The position numbers were made by a program, and so were the translations under genes. A stretch of DNA of 64,000 bases from Albugo candida (Eukaryota): positions 434,001 to 498,000 of the forward strand of contig JBDOQK010000010.1 of assembly GCA_040437565.1 (NCBI GenBank), given 5' to 3'. Within the stretch, counting starts at the first letter, position 1. Each line of letters opens with the position of its first letter. Shown in pieces: positions 12,993-24,480 of this stretch. The notes below the pieces were generated by a model, which made no database searches, was not told where the DNA came from, and saw nothing but the letters and a program-made list of their open reading frames with translations.

Positions 12993-14136
12993 CTATGGTA
13001 CATCATCCGACGGTCCGGACGGAGAAGCATTTCTCCGACTTCTTTTCTTTTTTTCCTTTGCCGTTTTGGACGCTTCTTTCATTGAATTCCCCATTATCTT
13101 CCGTCTACGGGGCGATGGGGTAGCCTCTGAGCCCAAGTCTGTAGGTACACTTCCATCCCCATCATTGTCTTCTTTAATTCTTGTGGCCATGATCCTCTTG
13201 ATCCTAGCACTGGATATCGGTCGCAGCGAATAGATGTTGAGACTCACGACGCTTTCTGTGGTCAAAATTCCACAATCTACACATGGTAAAATATCCACGG
13301 GGTTTGTACCTTTTATCATCCATGCGTACCGTCGTCGAGTAGAGAAAAGTATAACTTCACCGTAAAGCGCGAGGCATTCAGCACAACTTTCGCTTTGTCC
13401 CATCCAGTGAACTACAAATACATGTATTGCCAAACCATCCACGGTTACAGAACCATGCTGACTAGGAGCAACTGCGGAGAAATTGACACCAGCTGGAGCC
13501 GTAGTTGTCTCCTGCCTCATTGGTGCGTCATCATGAGTGTGCGTAAGTCCGTTCACATCAGACCAACTAAGACCAAGAATGAGTGGAAAGCTGGCCTCTG
13601 AAAATGTGCGCTGCGGTTCGTCAAAAAGGGACGTTTGTGGAAATGGATTTCGATGATCCTTCAACAACTCGTTGTGAGTATTCGCCTCGCGAAAATGAGA
13701 TCCATCGGAAAGGCGAAGTGCATGGGTGCTAACGTTAGATTTACTTGTCGATTGGGTAAGGGAGTTGGCTAAACGATTGGCGTCTCTTGCCGGTTGTGGA
13801 TCAATTGTATAGCTGTTCTNNNNNNNNNNNNNNNNNNNNNNNNNNNNNNNNNNNNNNNNNNNNNNNNNNNNNNNNNNNNNNNNNNNNNNNNNNNNNNNNN
13901 NNNNNNNNNNNNNNNNNNNTATATGTGACCAAATTTGTAGGGACCTCCTCAGGATTAGATTTCAGATCCATTCGAGTAGCCCCCAATCCATCTAGCACAC
14001 ATTCTTGACATGCCATTATCGAAGACATTGAGCCATGTACAATTACTTTCATTTCAGCTGATTGTAAAGCATTGTATAGAGGGAAAATCTGGACGAAGGT
14101 CGCCGATACCCGTAGCAATAAGGAGTAGGACACCAT
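12993..14136 (-). CDS. Secreted CCG-class effector-like protein, paralog 2; middle hidden by the gap at 13820-13919
   Basis: ATG 14136, MVSYSLLLRVSATFVQIFPLYNALQS, motif CQECVLDGLG (13981-14010). The frame is open from 13817 to the stop at 12993 and contains LKDHRNP, CAECLALYGEV...PCVDCG and the basic tail KEASKTAKEKKKRSRR. Confidence 0.85.
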
Positions 14137-15900
14137 TGCGCAATTAGGAAAATGTATTAGCAAGTGACATGAGTGAAATACATGCTTGACCCAGTACCCT
14201 TTAGCAACTGCTGTTTGCGTGATCAGAAAGATACTTTTGATGTACAAAGTGGCGCTTTTAGTGATGCAATATTTTCCAGTCACCACGATTAGTGACAGCG
14301 TGACTACAGTACATAAAATATGTTTTTAATGGAAGCATGAGCTTGCGGCTGTAGTTTTGCATCAGCTTTAGTGCAAGCAGATAGTCTGTACAATCAACAA
14401 AGCACATTCATCTGACATAACATTTTGTGATGAATAAAGAGGCGATGGTTCATGCTTGGCAACTTTTGCAAATCTACTACACAAGCCTACTTACTGCATT
14501 GACATTTCCAATCTCACAATCACGTGGAAGGGATCTGAGACACTATTCGTTAGCCAGATCAGGTGCGCTCAGTCAGTCTCTAGGAGGGGCGAGTCATTCA
14601 GCCATCTCACAAGCAAGTAAAACAGACATGTTAGCTTCTTCAGAACCCTGCGATAACTTCAGACATAGGCTGTCTCATGACTGCATCAAGAAGTGTGTAC
14701 GTAAATGGTTAAGTTTCCGTGAGTTTTGCATAAACTTGTCGAAACTTCTCTTATCTTTTCTTCAGGGAAATTAAGCGGGCTTTAGGTCGCCTCATACGAG
14801 CACAGAACTTCTAACGCTAATCATCTGATTTCGACCTATACGTCAACGTACCCCTCTCTCTTAATATAGAACATATGTTGCCTTTGCCACTTTATAATGA
14901 ATGGGTACGACAACTGAGCCGTTTTGGGCNNNNNNNNNNNNNNNNNNNNNNNNNNNNNNNNNNNNNNNNNNNNNNNNNNNNNNNNNNNNNNNNNNNNNNN
15001 NNNNNNNNNNNNNNNNNNNNNNNNNNNNNGGAAATTAAGCGGGCTTTAGGTCGCCTCATACGAGCACAGAACTTCTAACGCTAATCATCTGATTTCGACC
15101 TATACGTCAACGTACCCCTCTCTCTTGATATAGAACATATGTTGCCTTTGCCACTTTATAATGAATGGGTACGACAACTGAGCCGTTTTGGGCCATATGG
15201 TCAGAATACACCCTACTAAGGGCTAACTTCAATAATCTCTCGCGACTCAACAACTGAATGTGAAGGAGAATAACAGTGAACAGATCGACCGGCATTTAGT
15301 CATAGGACACGACGAAATGAAAACCCATAGAATTCATTCGATTTGACCCCGCTTTTGGCACTATATCCGGGGAAAATCCAATTGGATCAAATTGGTAAAT
15401 TCTTCGAGATGGCATCACGTAACAACGTCGCACTTCTAGTCGCCATGATATGCTATAACAGGAATCAAATACCCACGGAAAGCAAACGAACTGTAGGACT
15501 ATCCAATATTCTAGATCGTATAGTTTCCGCAATTTGAGGCTGAAGAAAATAACGTCAATCTAGCACTTCCCATCTAGGACAATGTCCTTTGACAATTCTC
15601 ATTGATCTATTCTTATAACAGCAACAAAGTATTCGATGCAAAAATATATATATCGCGTGCGGACTTTTGCGCCCTCCAGTATCGGCCTTGAGTGCTTAGA
15701 GGCCGTATTAAGTGGCACCTTTTGGTACGATGCTGTATCGCGCTTCAAAAAACATACTCAATGTAATTATTATTGAAACAAGAGCTTAACTCCATTTATG
15801 ATGAATGGGAAAACCAAACAGAGCACCTTTTCATTTCCTCTGTCAGACTCGAACAATTCGATAGCGTTGCTATATTGAATGACTTGGAGAATGTATGCAC
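14137..15900. repeat. Upstream region homologous to 24461-25780 (old segmental duplication carrying CCG paralogs 2 and 3)
   Basis: 14137-14310 aligns with 24461-24635 (e.g. GTGGCGCTT, ACGATTAG, ACAGCGTGAC). 15105-15290 aligns with 25030-25190 (TCAACGTACCC, GCCTTTGCC, ACAACTGAGCC, TGAAGGAGAA). Weaker matches continue at 15530-15900 vs 25465-25780. Confidence 0.75.
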
Positions 15901-17302
15901 ACAAAAAAGTATCGAAACATTTTAAGGGCGTCAACTTTCCGTATGCAAGGTCTTTTGCGCTCTTGATGCAAAAAAAGGTGGTTTAGAGCGCTCGTCTATT
16001 GATGATTTATGGCAAACAACTTGTTCATGCTAACAACAGCTTTTAACAAGATGTCGCTTGGCTCTTTCCGATGCGGTTACTTTGATTATCCGCATACGAT
16101 GCGCAAATTTGGCACTGCATTGTATCATATTGTGTATATGATTATGGCGACCAATTTTTCAGCTAAGTCTGCTGTTGGCCACAAGGTTGAGCAAATGACC
16201 GAAGTACAAACAATGCGATAAAGAAACTTTTGAATAATCGACAGAATGTCTAATTTCAAAATCCTTAAACCATAAAGTTTCGCTTTTTACTACCTGGTTG
16301 GTGTTGTTGTACAATACTCAAACATTTAAACAAAATATGGCTTATCTCGATGGTCTTTATTTTCTCACATATCAACATGCTCTCCTCTTGCAATCCGAAT
16401 TAGCCAGGCTTTATTTGTTATGTGATGGACGCGTCCACCTTGTCGCCACCAAGCCATGCTTCCATGTATCTGATGCTCGAATCTATGCTGCTATCAAAAC
16501 TGTTTTCATCTCATTCTTTCATAGGGAAAAGGCAAAGACCCGCTTAGCCTTCATCTTATTTGTCACCTAAATGTCCAGCTCAGGTTGCTTGTTGACGTTT
16601 AACAACACGATAACATTCACATCGCTATTTAAAGACGTATTATAAGATATTGCAAATCTGGAAGTAATGATTTGTCACTCAAACAAACAATCGAACCGAT
16701 GTCATAAGCTTGTATAAGCTATAGCCTAGATCACGGTTGTGTTTCCACAAGTTCCTTCAAATTACACGCTTTCCTAGATCCCTGTTCAGCTTATCAGCGA
16801 TATATTCTATTGGGAATCGTGCTGTCGCGATTTTCATCGATGCGATCAAAAGATGTATTATTCTCTCACGGTGATTCGCACAATCTGATCTCGGTCTTCA
16901 CCGGTACACATGGCTTTGATACGTAGCTATGACTATACTGTTTTCCATAGACTGGGACTAATTTGGCTTGTAGCAGCTCAACTGGAATACTTATCCTCTA
17001 GATATTCTAAATTACGTCGGAAAAGCTCCCTTTCCTATTATTATGAGCTGCATAAAGTATCATTGGAAACTCGATAATTCGTGCTCTATGTGCCGAGTTT
17101 ATTTACATGTCATGGTGACTAGAGTGCTTTTCGTGATATATGAATAGTCCCTCTCGATGGGTGCTGTCAAGTTACTACTATTAAACGTATTTCATATGCA
17201 CTTGCTGCAATAGAGGTAGAATTAAAAGTAAAATATATGTAGCATTAACCTATTCTGTCAGCATTACAACATGCATGTGCAACAGCATTACAAACTTGAC
17301 TA

Positions 17303-17507
17303 TGTCACGTGTCACATGACGTCCGTCTGGTACCACGTGGTGACCGTCTCTCCTCGTCCCATCTGTCATGTTGTCACCAGACAGCCGTTCAGGTGAGGTC
17401 GGACTTTACGTGTAATGGGTCTTGTAGTTGGAACTCAAACCCTCGACGACCTGTAAGAAACAGCATCGTCTAACAATCACAAGCTGAAATGAATACTCGA
17501 CGTGATA
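17303..17507. mobile_element. Possible solo LTR or TE fragment
   Basis: GC-richer ~205-bp island starting TGTCACG and ending CGTGATA (one mismatch from the inverted end CGTGACA). No matching TSD. Confidence 0.3.
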
Positions 17508-19997
17508 TCACCCCGTCATTGCATGATGCTTCATAATGTGCGTGTGTGATCGAGGACTGCATCATAGTTCACGTGTTTAGGATGGAACAAGTCAGCCGCA
17601 TGTTTGACGCTTTTTGTCGGATAGTAAACTTCGAGATCTTGCTTTGCTACAAACAGCACTCCTCAACTTGATAATTTTCTTGATACGAGTAGGTACCGAG
17701 TGGCACGATGCATCAATTTTCAAATTACTGAGCGCACTTTATTCGTCTGCAGCCGTTAAAAATCCAGCAACAACGCTCCAGTTTATTTATATGACTGAAC
17801 CAACACCTCAAGTCCATGTCTTTCAACAAATATCAGCACGATAAAGTATGTGGAAGATATAAGAAATACTAGAAGAGATTGGTATTAGGGTAGTACGAGC
17901 GAGCTGTTAAGCCTTAGGGATGTTCTCAATATAGGTCAAAGTCACTTGTCCTCTCCGCGCAAAGAATGTGCAGTCGAAATAAGATACGATGGTCGCCACG
18001 ATAGTAACCTTAGACTCAATTGAAGTGAGATTCCGCACTGGCACGAGGCTAGCAGCGCTGTCACGCACTCGTAACTGGTAGATCAAGCGTACGTAAAAAT
18101 TTGTTGCTAAAAAGTCCGTCATAGGGAGCTATCAGGAATCTTGCGTGATCACTGGAATTTTATTATCATGCAGGACGTCGATCTTACAAATGAGCTAGTG
18201 GCCGTGTCTTTCCTGCATTCGACGAAGATTTGTGATCGGGGCTACAGTATGGAATAATGAATTTAGTTTGCTCTATTAAATTATAACGGTGGACAGAAAA
18301 AGGGTTTCGCCATCTTGCTCGGTATCTTAGATGATTTGATGGTATTATTTTCGAGAAGCTAGCTTTAGGGGTTGCATGGAGGTCATGAATTTCACAGAAA
18401 AAGCTTTGAAAGATAAAGTGGTTTTGAAAATCGCAAGCAATCTTTGCGAAGTGTGATGCGAGTCTATAGTGCTTCAAGAGGGATCCCTTTAGCCTACATC
18501 TACGATATTGATGGATAGGGTCTCCTCTAACAGCTCTAGAAAATTAAAACACTCGGTAAACGTTGCTTCGAGTGAGCAGCGGGGCTTGATTAGACATTAT
18601 GGCCGGTCATTACTGGAGTAAAAGAAGCGCTGTTCTGCTCCCAACCATGAGCTAGTATTCATCACGGGAGTAACCACAGTCATATGTTAAGTTGCCTAGT
18701 CATGATATGAAAGTGGCGCTTCAATATGAGGCTATGAATCTAAATGTAGGAGCAGCGGTGATGCAATCTCTAGGCCACACCCACTGACGANNNNNNNNNN
18801 NNNNNNNNNNNNNNNNNNNNNNNNNNNNNNNNNNNNNNNNNNNNNNNNNNNNNNNNNNNNNNNNNNNNNNNNNNNNNNNNNNNNNNNNNNCTAGTGTTCA
18901 TCACGGGAGTAACCACAGTCATATTTTAAGTTGCCTAGTCATGATATGAAAGTGGCGCTTCAATATGAGGCTATGAATCTAAATGTAGGAGCAGCGGTGA
19001 TGCAATCTCTAGGCCACACCCACTGACGAGAACTATAGCCCATATCTAAAAAGAGCATATTTTACGAAATAAAACAAAACAGTTCCCTTCGTTCTCTTTA
19101 ACAACGCTGACGTGCCGAGCATTGATAAAATGTTAAAAGAGGATATACTGTTAATCAGACGATTAAAAGTAGTGTAAGAAGTTTCATCACGCACTAAAGA
19201 ATAATACAGAGTTTAAAAATGCTTCTTGTCATACTTGGCCTGTACGTTACCTGTGAAACGACTGAGATTGCGCTTATGGCCATAACCATCAGATTACCGT
19301 GTTCGCTTCACTATTATCAGCAAGTTCGTACTTGGCCAACTTTGGCATACCACTCAGCTTTGCAGTTTACATGAATGGATTCTGTCTGCAATTTCAACCT
19401 TCACCCTGTCACCTTGAAGGAAATTGGCCATCACATCGCACTAAACTTCGATTTTCGATACGTCAGTGGACGGTATCGCATCGGATGCTGTTATGGAGGC
19501 TGAAAAGTCTGTAATCTGCCTCATCTCCCAACTCCAGCCAGCTAGCCGTTGGCATCGCACTTCATATTGGAGTAGACACTACCTGCTCAGTCGATAGGTT
19601 GCAAAAAAAGTCTGAAAGAAGCGCTATATTGCCGGAATCCGTACCTGTAGACGTTTGCAGTTTGGAAATGTGTTTGAGATTTGGCGGCCGTCTCAAATTG
19701 CTTTATTTTTGCGCGTTTCGTAGTTATAACACATTTACTACTACCAGATGCGAAGCGTTGCATTGTATTGCAAGCAGGTCAAGGTATCAACAAGTTCCAT
19801 CGATTGAAACGGCTCAAATCTTGCACGCGATTACAAAAAATGCCATTCTACAAAATCATTTCGGAAGCATTTGGCCAAAGAGAAGAATTATACAAAGTCA
19901 AATTGCAGCTTTTCCGCACACCCGAATGATGTCGCAAATGTTGCTCACAACAAGGCTACTTTACTTGGCAACTAGTAACCCTCCAGATAATATGACA

Positions 19998-21471
19998 TTA
20001 TCGGATCATACGCGTGCCTGCCACGCAATACTCACATACGATGTTCTCGATCCAAGTTATCGCGGAGCAATGACTTGCGAAAATGTACCATACCTCAGCT
20101 GGGTTGTGAAATTCACACCTCCAAGACAGTATGTGTTGCTGGATAGAGCTGCTCATAGACAGATAGTCATAGATGAGATACTTTATACATTGCGGAAAAG
20201 TTGAGGGCAAAACGCAATAAGTTGAGTGTGTTCTTGGGATAATACCAACAACTTTGCGTAAGTAAAGCCATCTCGACTCGAATTCTGGGAGGCTATACCC
20301 AAGATCTCCCTTAGCTCGATTGATTCTACTAGCTAACGTGCTTTGTAATGCAAGCTCGATGTTAGCAGCAGTAGCTTGATGCCTTCTTTTGTTGAAACCG
20401 GTTTTACATTTACGCATTGTATGGAGGATAAGACCGAATGTCTGCACTATAGTCTACAGTCGCTGCTAAGTCAGATCTCGATCACGATTGAGCTTCTGGG
20501 CGCCAATATTTATACGGTAAATGCATCTGATGTAAGGGATTGGGTCAAGCATGCTAGGATGGTATAGATATCGCATTTATATCGATCGCACTTTTCAAGA
20601 CCTGTGTTGTACAATTTTAGCGCAATGGAGTCCATCTATACTATAAACGTCTTAGATAGCCACGATAACATAAGGTGGAGCTAGATGCTGCTTATTGTTG
20701 CCTTTTGAGGTCCCCAGGCATCGACGATGAAGAAATAGCGATGGCGAAATGGCTGCATGATACGGTAGCAAAACTCCTCTGTCAGGATTATCAATCTCGC
20801 TTAGTAGGCTGAGTACTCTATTATGAAAGTTGCTTGAATGGATCCTAACATTCTCAACGGAGAGAGTGACTTTGGCAATAGTCTGAACACTGTGGACAGA
20901 TCTATCATGTAAGCATGCGGACCGTCAGCATGTCAGGGCCTGTACAGTGATCATTAAATGTACTATGCGCTCGCTATGATCTATGCATGGTATGCTCGCT
21001 AGTGAGCGTAGTATGATGTAGGATACCTGGGAGGGTTTAGTGTATGGACTCTGTTCGGGGAAAATATTCGCCCTAGCGTCATCGACATTTTTGTTGCTGA
21101 TATCATATGTCCATACCCTGGGGATTGTTCTCCCTACGTATATTTTACACAACTTACTTATGAGATAAATGACAAGCCCTAGAGACTTATTGTTTTTGAT
21201 TGAAATGGAAGATACTTGCCTGAAGTCATTACAAGCGCAGCTATAGTCCTCGCGTACAAGAAACGATCTATTCGCGTTTAACCAAATGGCACGATCGACA
21301 GCTGGTAAGAATCTTTTCTACAGCATGCGCTAGGAAGAGGTCAAAATATCGGTTGCTGTTAAGAGTTGGTGAAGCAATGCATAATTAATTACGAGACACA
21401 GTCTTGTAGAAGTTCAAACAAGCTTGCTTTCTATGTAATAAGATCATGGCGAAATATATCAAGGCTTTTAT
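19998..21471 (-). pseudogene. Decayed CCG-like secreted protein gene; 5' part repeated at 21669-22441 as an assembly/haplotype duplicate
   Basis: Minus frame from 21471: IKALIYFAMILLHRKQACLN (signal-like, ATA in place of ATG), a stop, then LTSCRSCHLVKRE* (CxxCxxxxx[G>E], 21271-21300). Downstream fragments HRRCLG, KCDRYKC and CIKYL...VWYIF...VCEYC echo the CCG Cys modules. The 3' end is undefined. Confidence 0.5.
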
Positions 21472-22594
21472 CTTGCAACTTCTCGAAGCTAAAATGTAAG
21501 CTAGCACTTCATGCGAGGATAGCGTTCGCTAGTTAATCCAGCCACGTTGAGTCATGAATATCGCAATTNNNNNNNNNNNNNNNNNNNNNNNNNNNNNNNN
21601 NNNNNNNNNNNNNNNNNNNNNNNNNNNNNNNNNNNNNNNNNNNNNNNNNNNNNNNNNNNNNNNNNNNNCTGAGTATTCTTTTATGAAAGTTGCTTGAATG
21701 GATCCTAACATTCTCAACGGAGAGAGTGACTTCGGCAATAGTCTGAACACTGTGGACAGATCTATCATGTAAGCATGCGGCCGTCAGCATGTCAGGGCCT
21801 GTACAGTGATCATAAAATGTACTATGCGCTCACTATGATCTATGCATGGTATACTCGTTAGTGAGCGTAGTATGATGTAGGATACCTGGGAGGGTTTAGT
21901 GGATGGACTCTGTTCGGGGAAAATATTCGTCCTAGCGTCATCGACATTTTTGTTGCTGATATCATGTGTCCATATCCTGGGGATTGTTCTCCCTACGTAT
22001 ATTTTACTCAGCTTACTTTGGAGATAAATGACAAACCCTAGAGACTTATTGTTTTTGATTGAAATGGAAGATACTTGCCTGCAGTCATTAAAAGCGCAGC
22101 TATAGTCCTCGCGTACAAGAAACGATCTATTCGCGTTTAACCAAATGGCACGATCGACAGCTGGTAAAGATCTTTTCTACAGCATGCGCTAGGAAGAGGT
22201 CAAATATCGGTTGCTGAAATTTTAATTGTACTGGAAGAGTTGGTGAAGCAATGCACAATTAATTACGAAACACAGTCTTGTAGAAGTTCAAACAAGCTTG
22301 CTTTCTCTGTGATGAGATCATGGCGAAATATATCAAGGCTTTTATCTTGCAACTTCTCGAAGCTAAAATGTAAGCTAGCACTTCATGCGAGGATAGCGTT
22401 CGCTAGTTAATCCAGCCACGTTGAGTCATGAATATCGCAATTATATACCCTCCCAGGGTCCAGATTAAGATTCGTTTCACCACTTTCCCTTCCTCTTCAT
22501 CCTTGCGGTCTTTGACGCTTCTTTTCCTTCACGGGACAATGCGGCAGCATCCGACCTCATGTCTATTAGACGATCTTCATCATGAAGACTGTCA

Positions 22595-24460
22595 TCAATT
22601 AGCATCTGTAAATATCATTTTCTTGATCATCTTACTGGATATAGGTCGCAGTGGGTAGATGTTGAGACTCACCACCTTATCTACGGTCAAAACGCCACAA
22701 TCTACACATGGTATGGTACCCACTGGATGTTTACCTTTTATCATGAAAGCGTAATACTGTAGACTTGAAACGAGTAAAACTTCTCCGAAAAGCGCAAGGC
22801 ATTCAGCACACTCTAGACTTTGTCCCGTCCACCGAATTACAAATACATCGGTTGCTGAAAAGCCATCCGCTGATGCATAACTGTTTTTGACGGAAGCTAC
22901 AGCAGAGAAATCGGCACCACGTAGAGCGGAGTGCAGTGGTTCATCGAAAAGGTAGGATGGTGTGTCTGGATTTCGATGATCCGGCAACAACGTTTTGAGA
23001 CCATGAGTCTCGATCGAAAGAGATCCACTTGCTGGTTGTTCATGAGTTGAATGACCGTTTTCTATTTTCGTCACGATCTTCATGTCTGTATCGTAATAGC
23101 AGATATAATTTGGCACAAACAACAGGCGAGCGCACTCGGAATAGTAAACGCAATTGGCAACCTCCGCTTTCCGTCTGTTGTCACCAAAAAGATAATGTGG
23201 TTGAAGGGATACCAGTGCAGTAGATTCTGACAGCTCATGCATACTTGAATACTGAATTTCTCTTAGACATCTCAAACATTCTGATCCTTGAAATGCGCCA
23301 TTAGCCCAAACGCAGCCGCTGCTCATTTGAGGTGGAACAGTGTATAAATTTCTTGGTTTTTGTTGAGATACGGGTGCGACGAATTGATCACCAAGTGGAG
23401 ATGTGATGAAGTGGTCGAAGAAATGTAGATGGCATGTTGGATCCTTCATTTTGAGAACTTTGATTGCACCACACTCAGCGTTACAGAAGTTCAGGTCTCC
23501 TTTCTTTATCTTAAGATCAGTGAATACGTAAAAGATGTATGTTTGGTGGCCATGAGTAGCGACAACAACTATACCGAAGATCTTGACAAGGCATTTATAA
23601 CATGGTACATGAATTTCTTGTAGTAATTCTCTTTCCGGCCGTAAGCAATGTATTGGCTGATCCAATGCTGCATCAATGTCATTCATAAGTGTGCTGACGT
23701 CAGTCTGCAGGTATCTATTCCCCCCTCTCGAGCGCATGGCTGTATCCATATTTGCGTGGGACCATGATGCGCCTTCGGCCATGTATTTCATCAAAGAAAG
23801 TTGATCATTTGTTGGTAGCTCAGATTCTACAAGCGGAAGCTTGCTCATAAATCTTGTACAAATATCGTTGTCAACCAAGAAAAGTCTGCCAGCGCCTGGA
23901 GCTATCCTCTTGCACGCGTTTAACGTGACTCCACTTTTCGATTCATATAGCACAAATAGCGCGCGATTGCTTGAAATACTTGTGGTAATTCGAAACCTGC
24001 CAACATATGTAGCAGTAGCGCTCTCTTGGAGGCATTCCATAAACAAGATACTCAAGGTCGGTTTCAGCGTGAGAAAGCATGTTAATTGGGCATTGTTCCA
24101 ATCGAATGCGTTCATGTATTTATTGGATGGATTATGTTCCTTCCTCTCAGATGAAGATATTTCGAATGCCGTGATATCACAAATATAAGCGCTCTTGCAG
24201 TCGGGCACGAGATTTGCGAAAACGAATTTGGACCCGGTAATCTTGTATGTGGCCGAGTTAGAAGTGAGCTCTGTAGCATCCGATATCAGATCCATTCGAT
24301 GAGCCCCCAATCCACTTAGCACACATTCTTGACAGGCAATTATCGAAGAAATTGACCCATGTAGTCTTACTCTCATCTTAGCTGATTGTAAAGCGCTGTA
24401 GAGAGGGAGAATTTGAGTAATGGTTGCAGAAACCCCCAGCAATGAAGTATAGGATACCAT
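22595..24460 (-). CDS. Secreted CCG-class effector-like protein, paralog 3 (621 aa, intronless, gap-free)
   Basis: ATG 24460, MVSYTSLLGVSATITQILPLYSALQS, motif CQECVLSGLG at residues 43-52 (24305-24334). Colinear with paralog 1 (SSGCVWA, LLFVPN, D.RNP, CLAL.GEVLL). Confidence 0.9.
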   Translation of the reverse strand: MVSYTSLLGVSATITQILPLYSALQSAKMRVRLHGSISSIIACQECVLSGLGAHRMDLISDATELTSNSATYKITGSKFVFANLVPDCKSAYICDITAFEISSSERKEHNPSNKYMNAFDWNNAQLTCFLTLKPTLSILFMECLQESATATYVGRFRITTSISSNRALFVLYESKSGVTLNACKRIAPGAGRLFLVDNDICTRFMSKLPLVESELPTNDQLSLMKYMAEGASWSHANMDTAMRSRGGNRYLQTDVSTLMNDIDAALDQPIHCLRPERELLQEIHVPCYKCLVKIFGIVVVATHGHQTYIFYVFTDLKIKKGDLNFCNAECGAIKVLKMKDPTCHLHFFDHFITSPLGDQFVAPVSQQKPRNLYTVPPQMSSGCVWANGAFQGSECLRCLREIQYSSMHELSESTALVSLQPHYLFGDNRRKAEVANCVYYSECARLLFVPNYICYYDTDMKIVTKIENGHSTHEQPASGSLSIETHGLKTLLPDHRNPDTPSYLFDEPLHSALRGADFSAVASVKNSYASADGFSATDVFVIRWTGQSLECAECLALFGEVLLVSSLQYYAFMIKGKHPVGTIPCVDCGVLTVDKVVSLNIYPLRPISSKMIKKMIFTDAN

Positions 24461-24463
24461 TGT

Positions 24464-24480
24464 GCAAATAGGAAAATGAA
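24464..24480 (-). promoter_or_regulatory. Oomycete INR+FPR core-promoter-like element
   Basis: Minus strand TTCATTTTCCTATTTGC just upstream of the ATG resembles the oomycete INR (YCAYTYY) plus FPR (MWTTTNC). Paralog 2 has ACATTTTCCTAATTGC at the same position. Confidence 0.5.

Noticed and set aside
19599-20204. 201-aa + strand ORF
   Set aside because: TTG start, no recognisable motif, and antisense to the decayed CCG-like gene.
22595-24460. RXLR or Crinkler effector assignment
   Set aside because: No RXLR-dEER or LFLAK motif follows the leader; the CxxCxxxxxG motif fits the CCG class.
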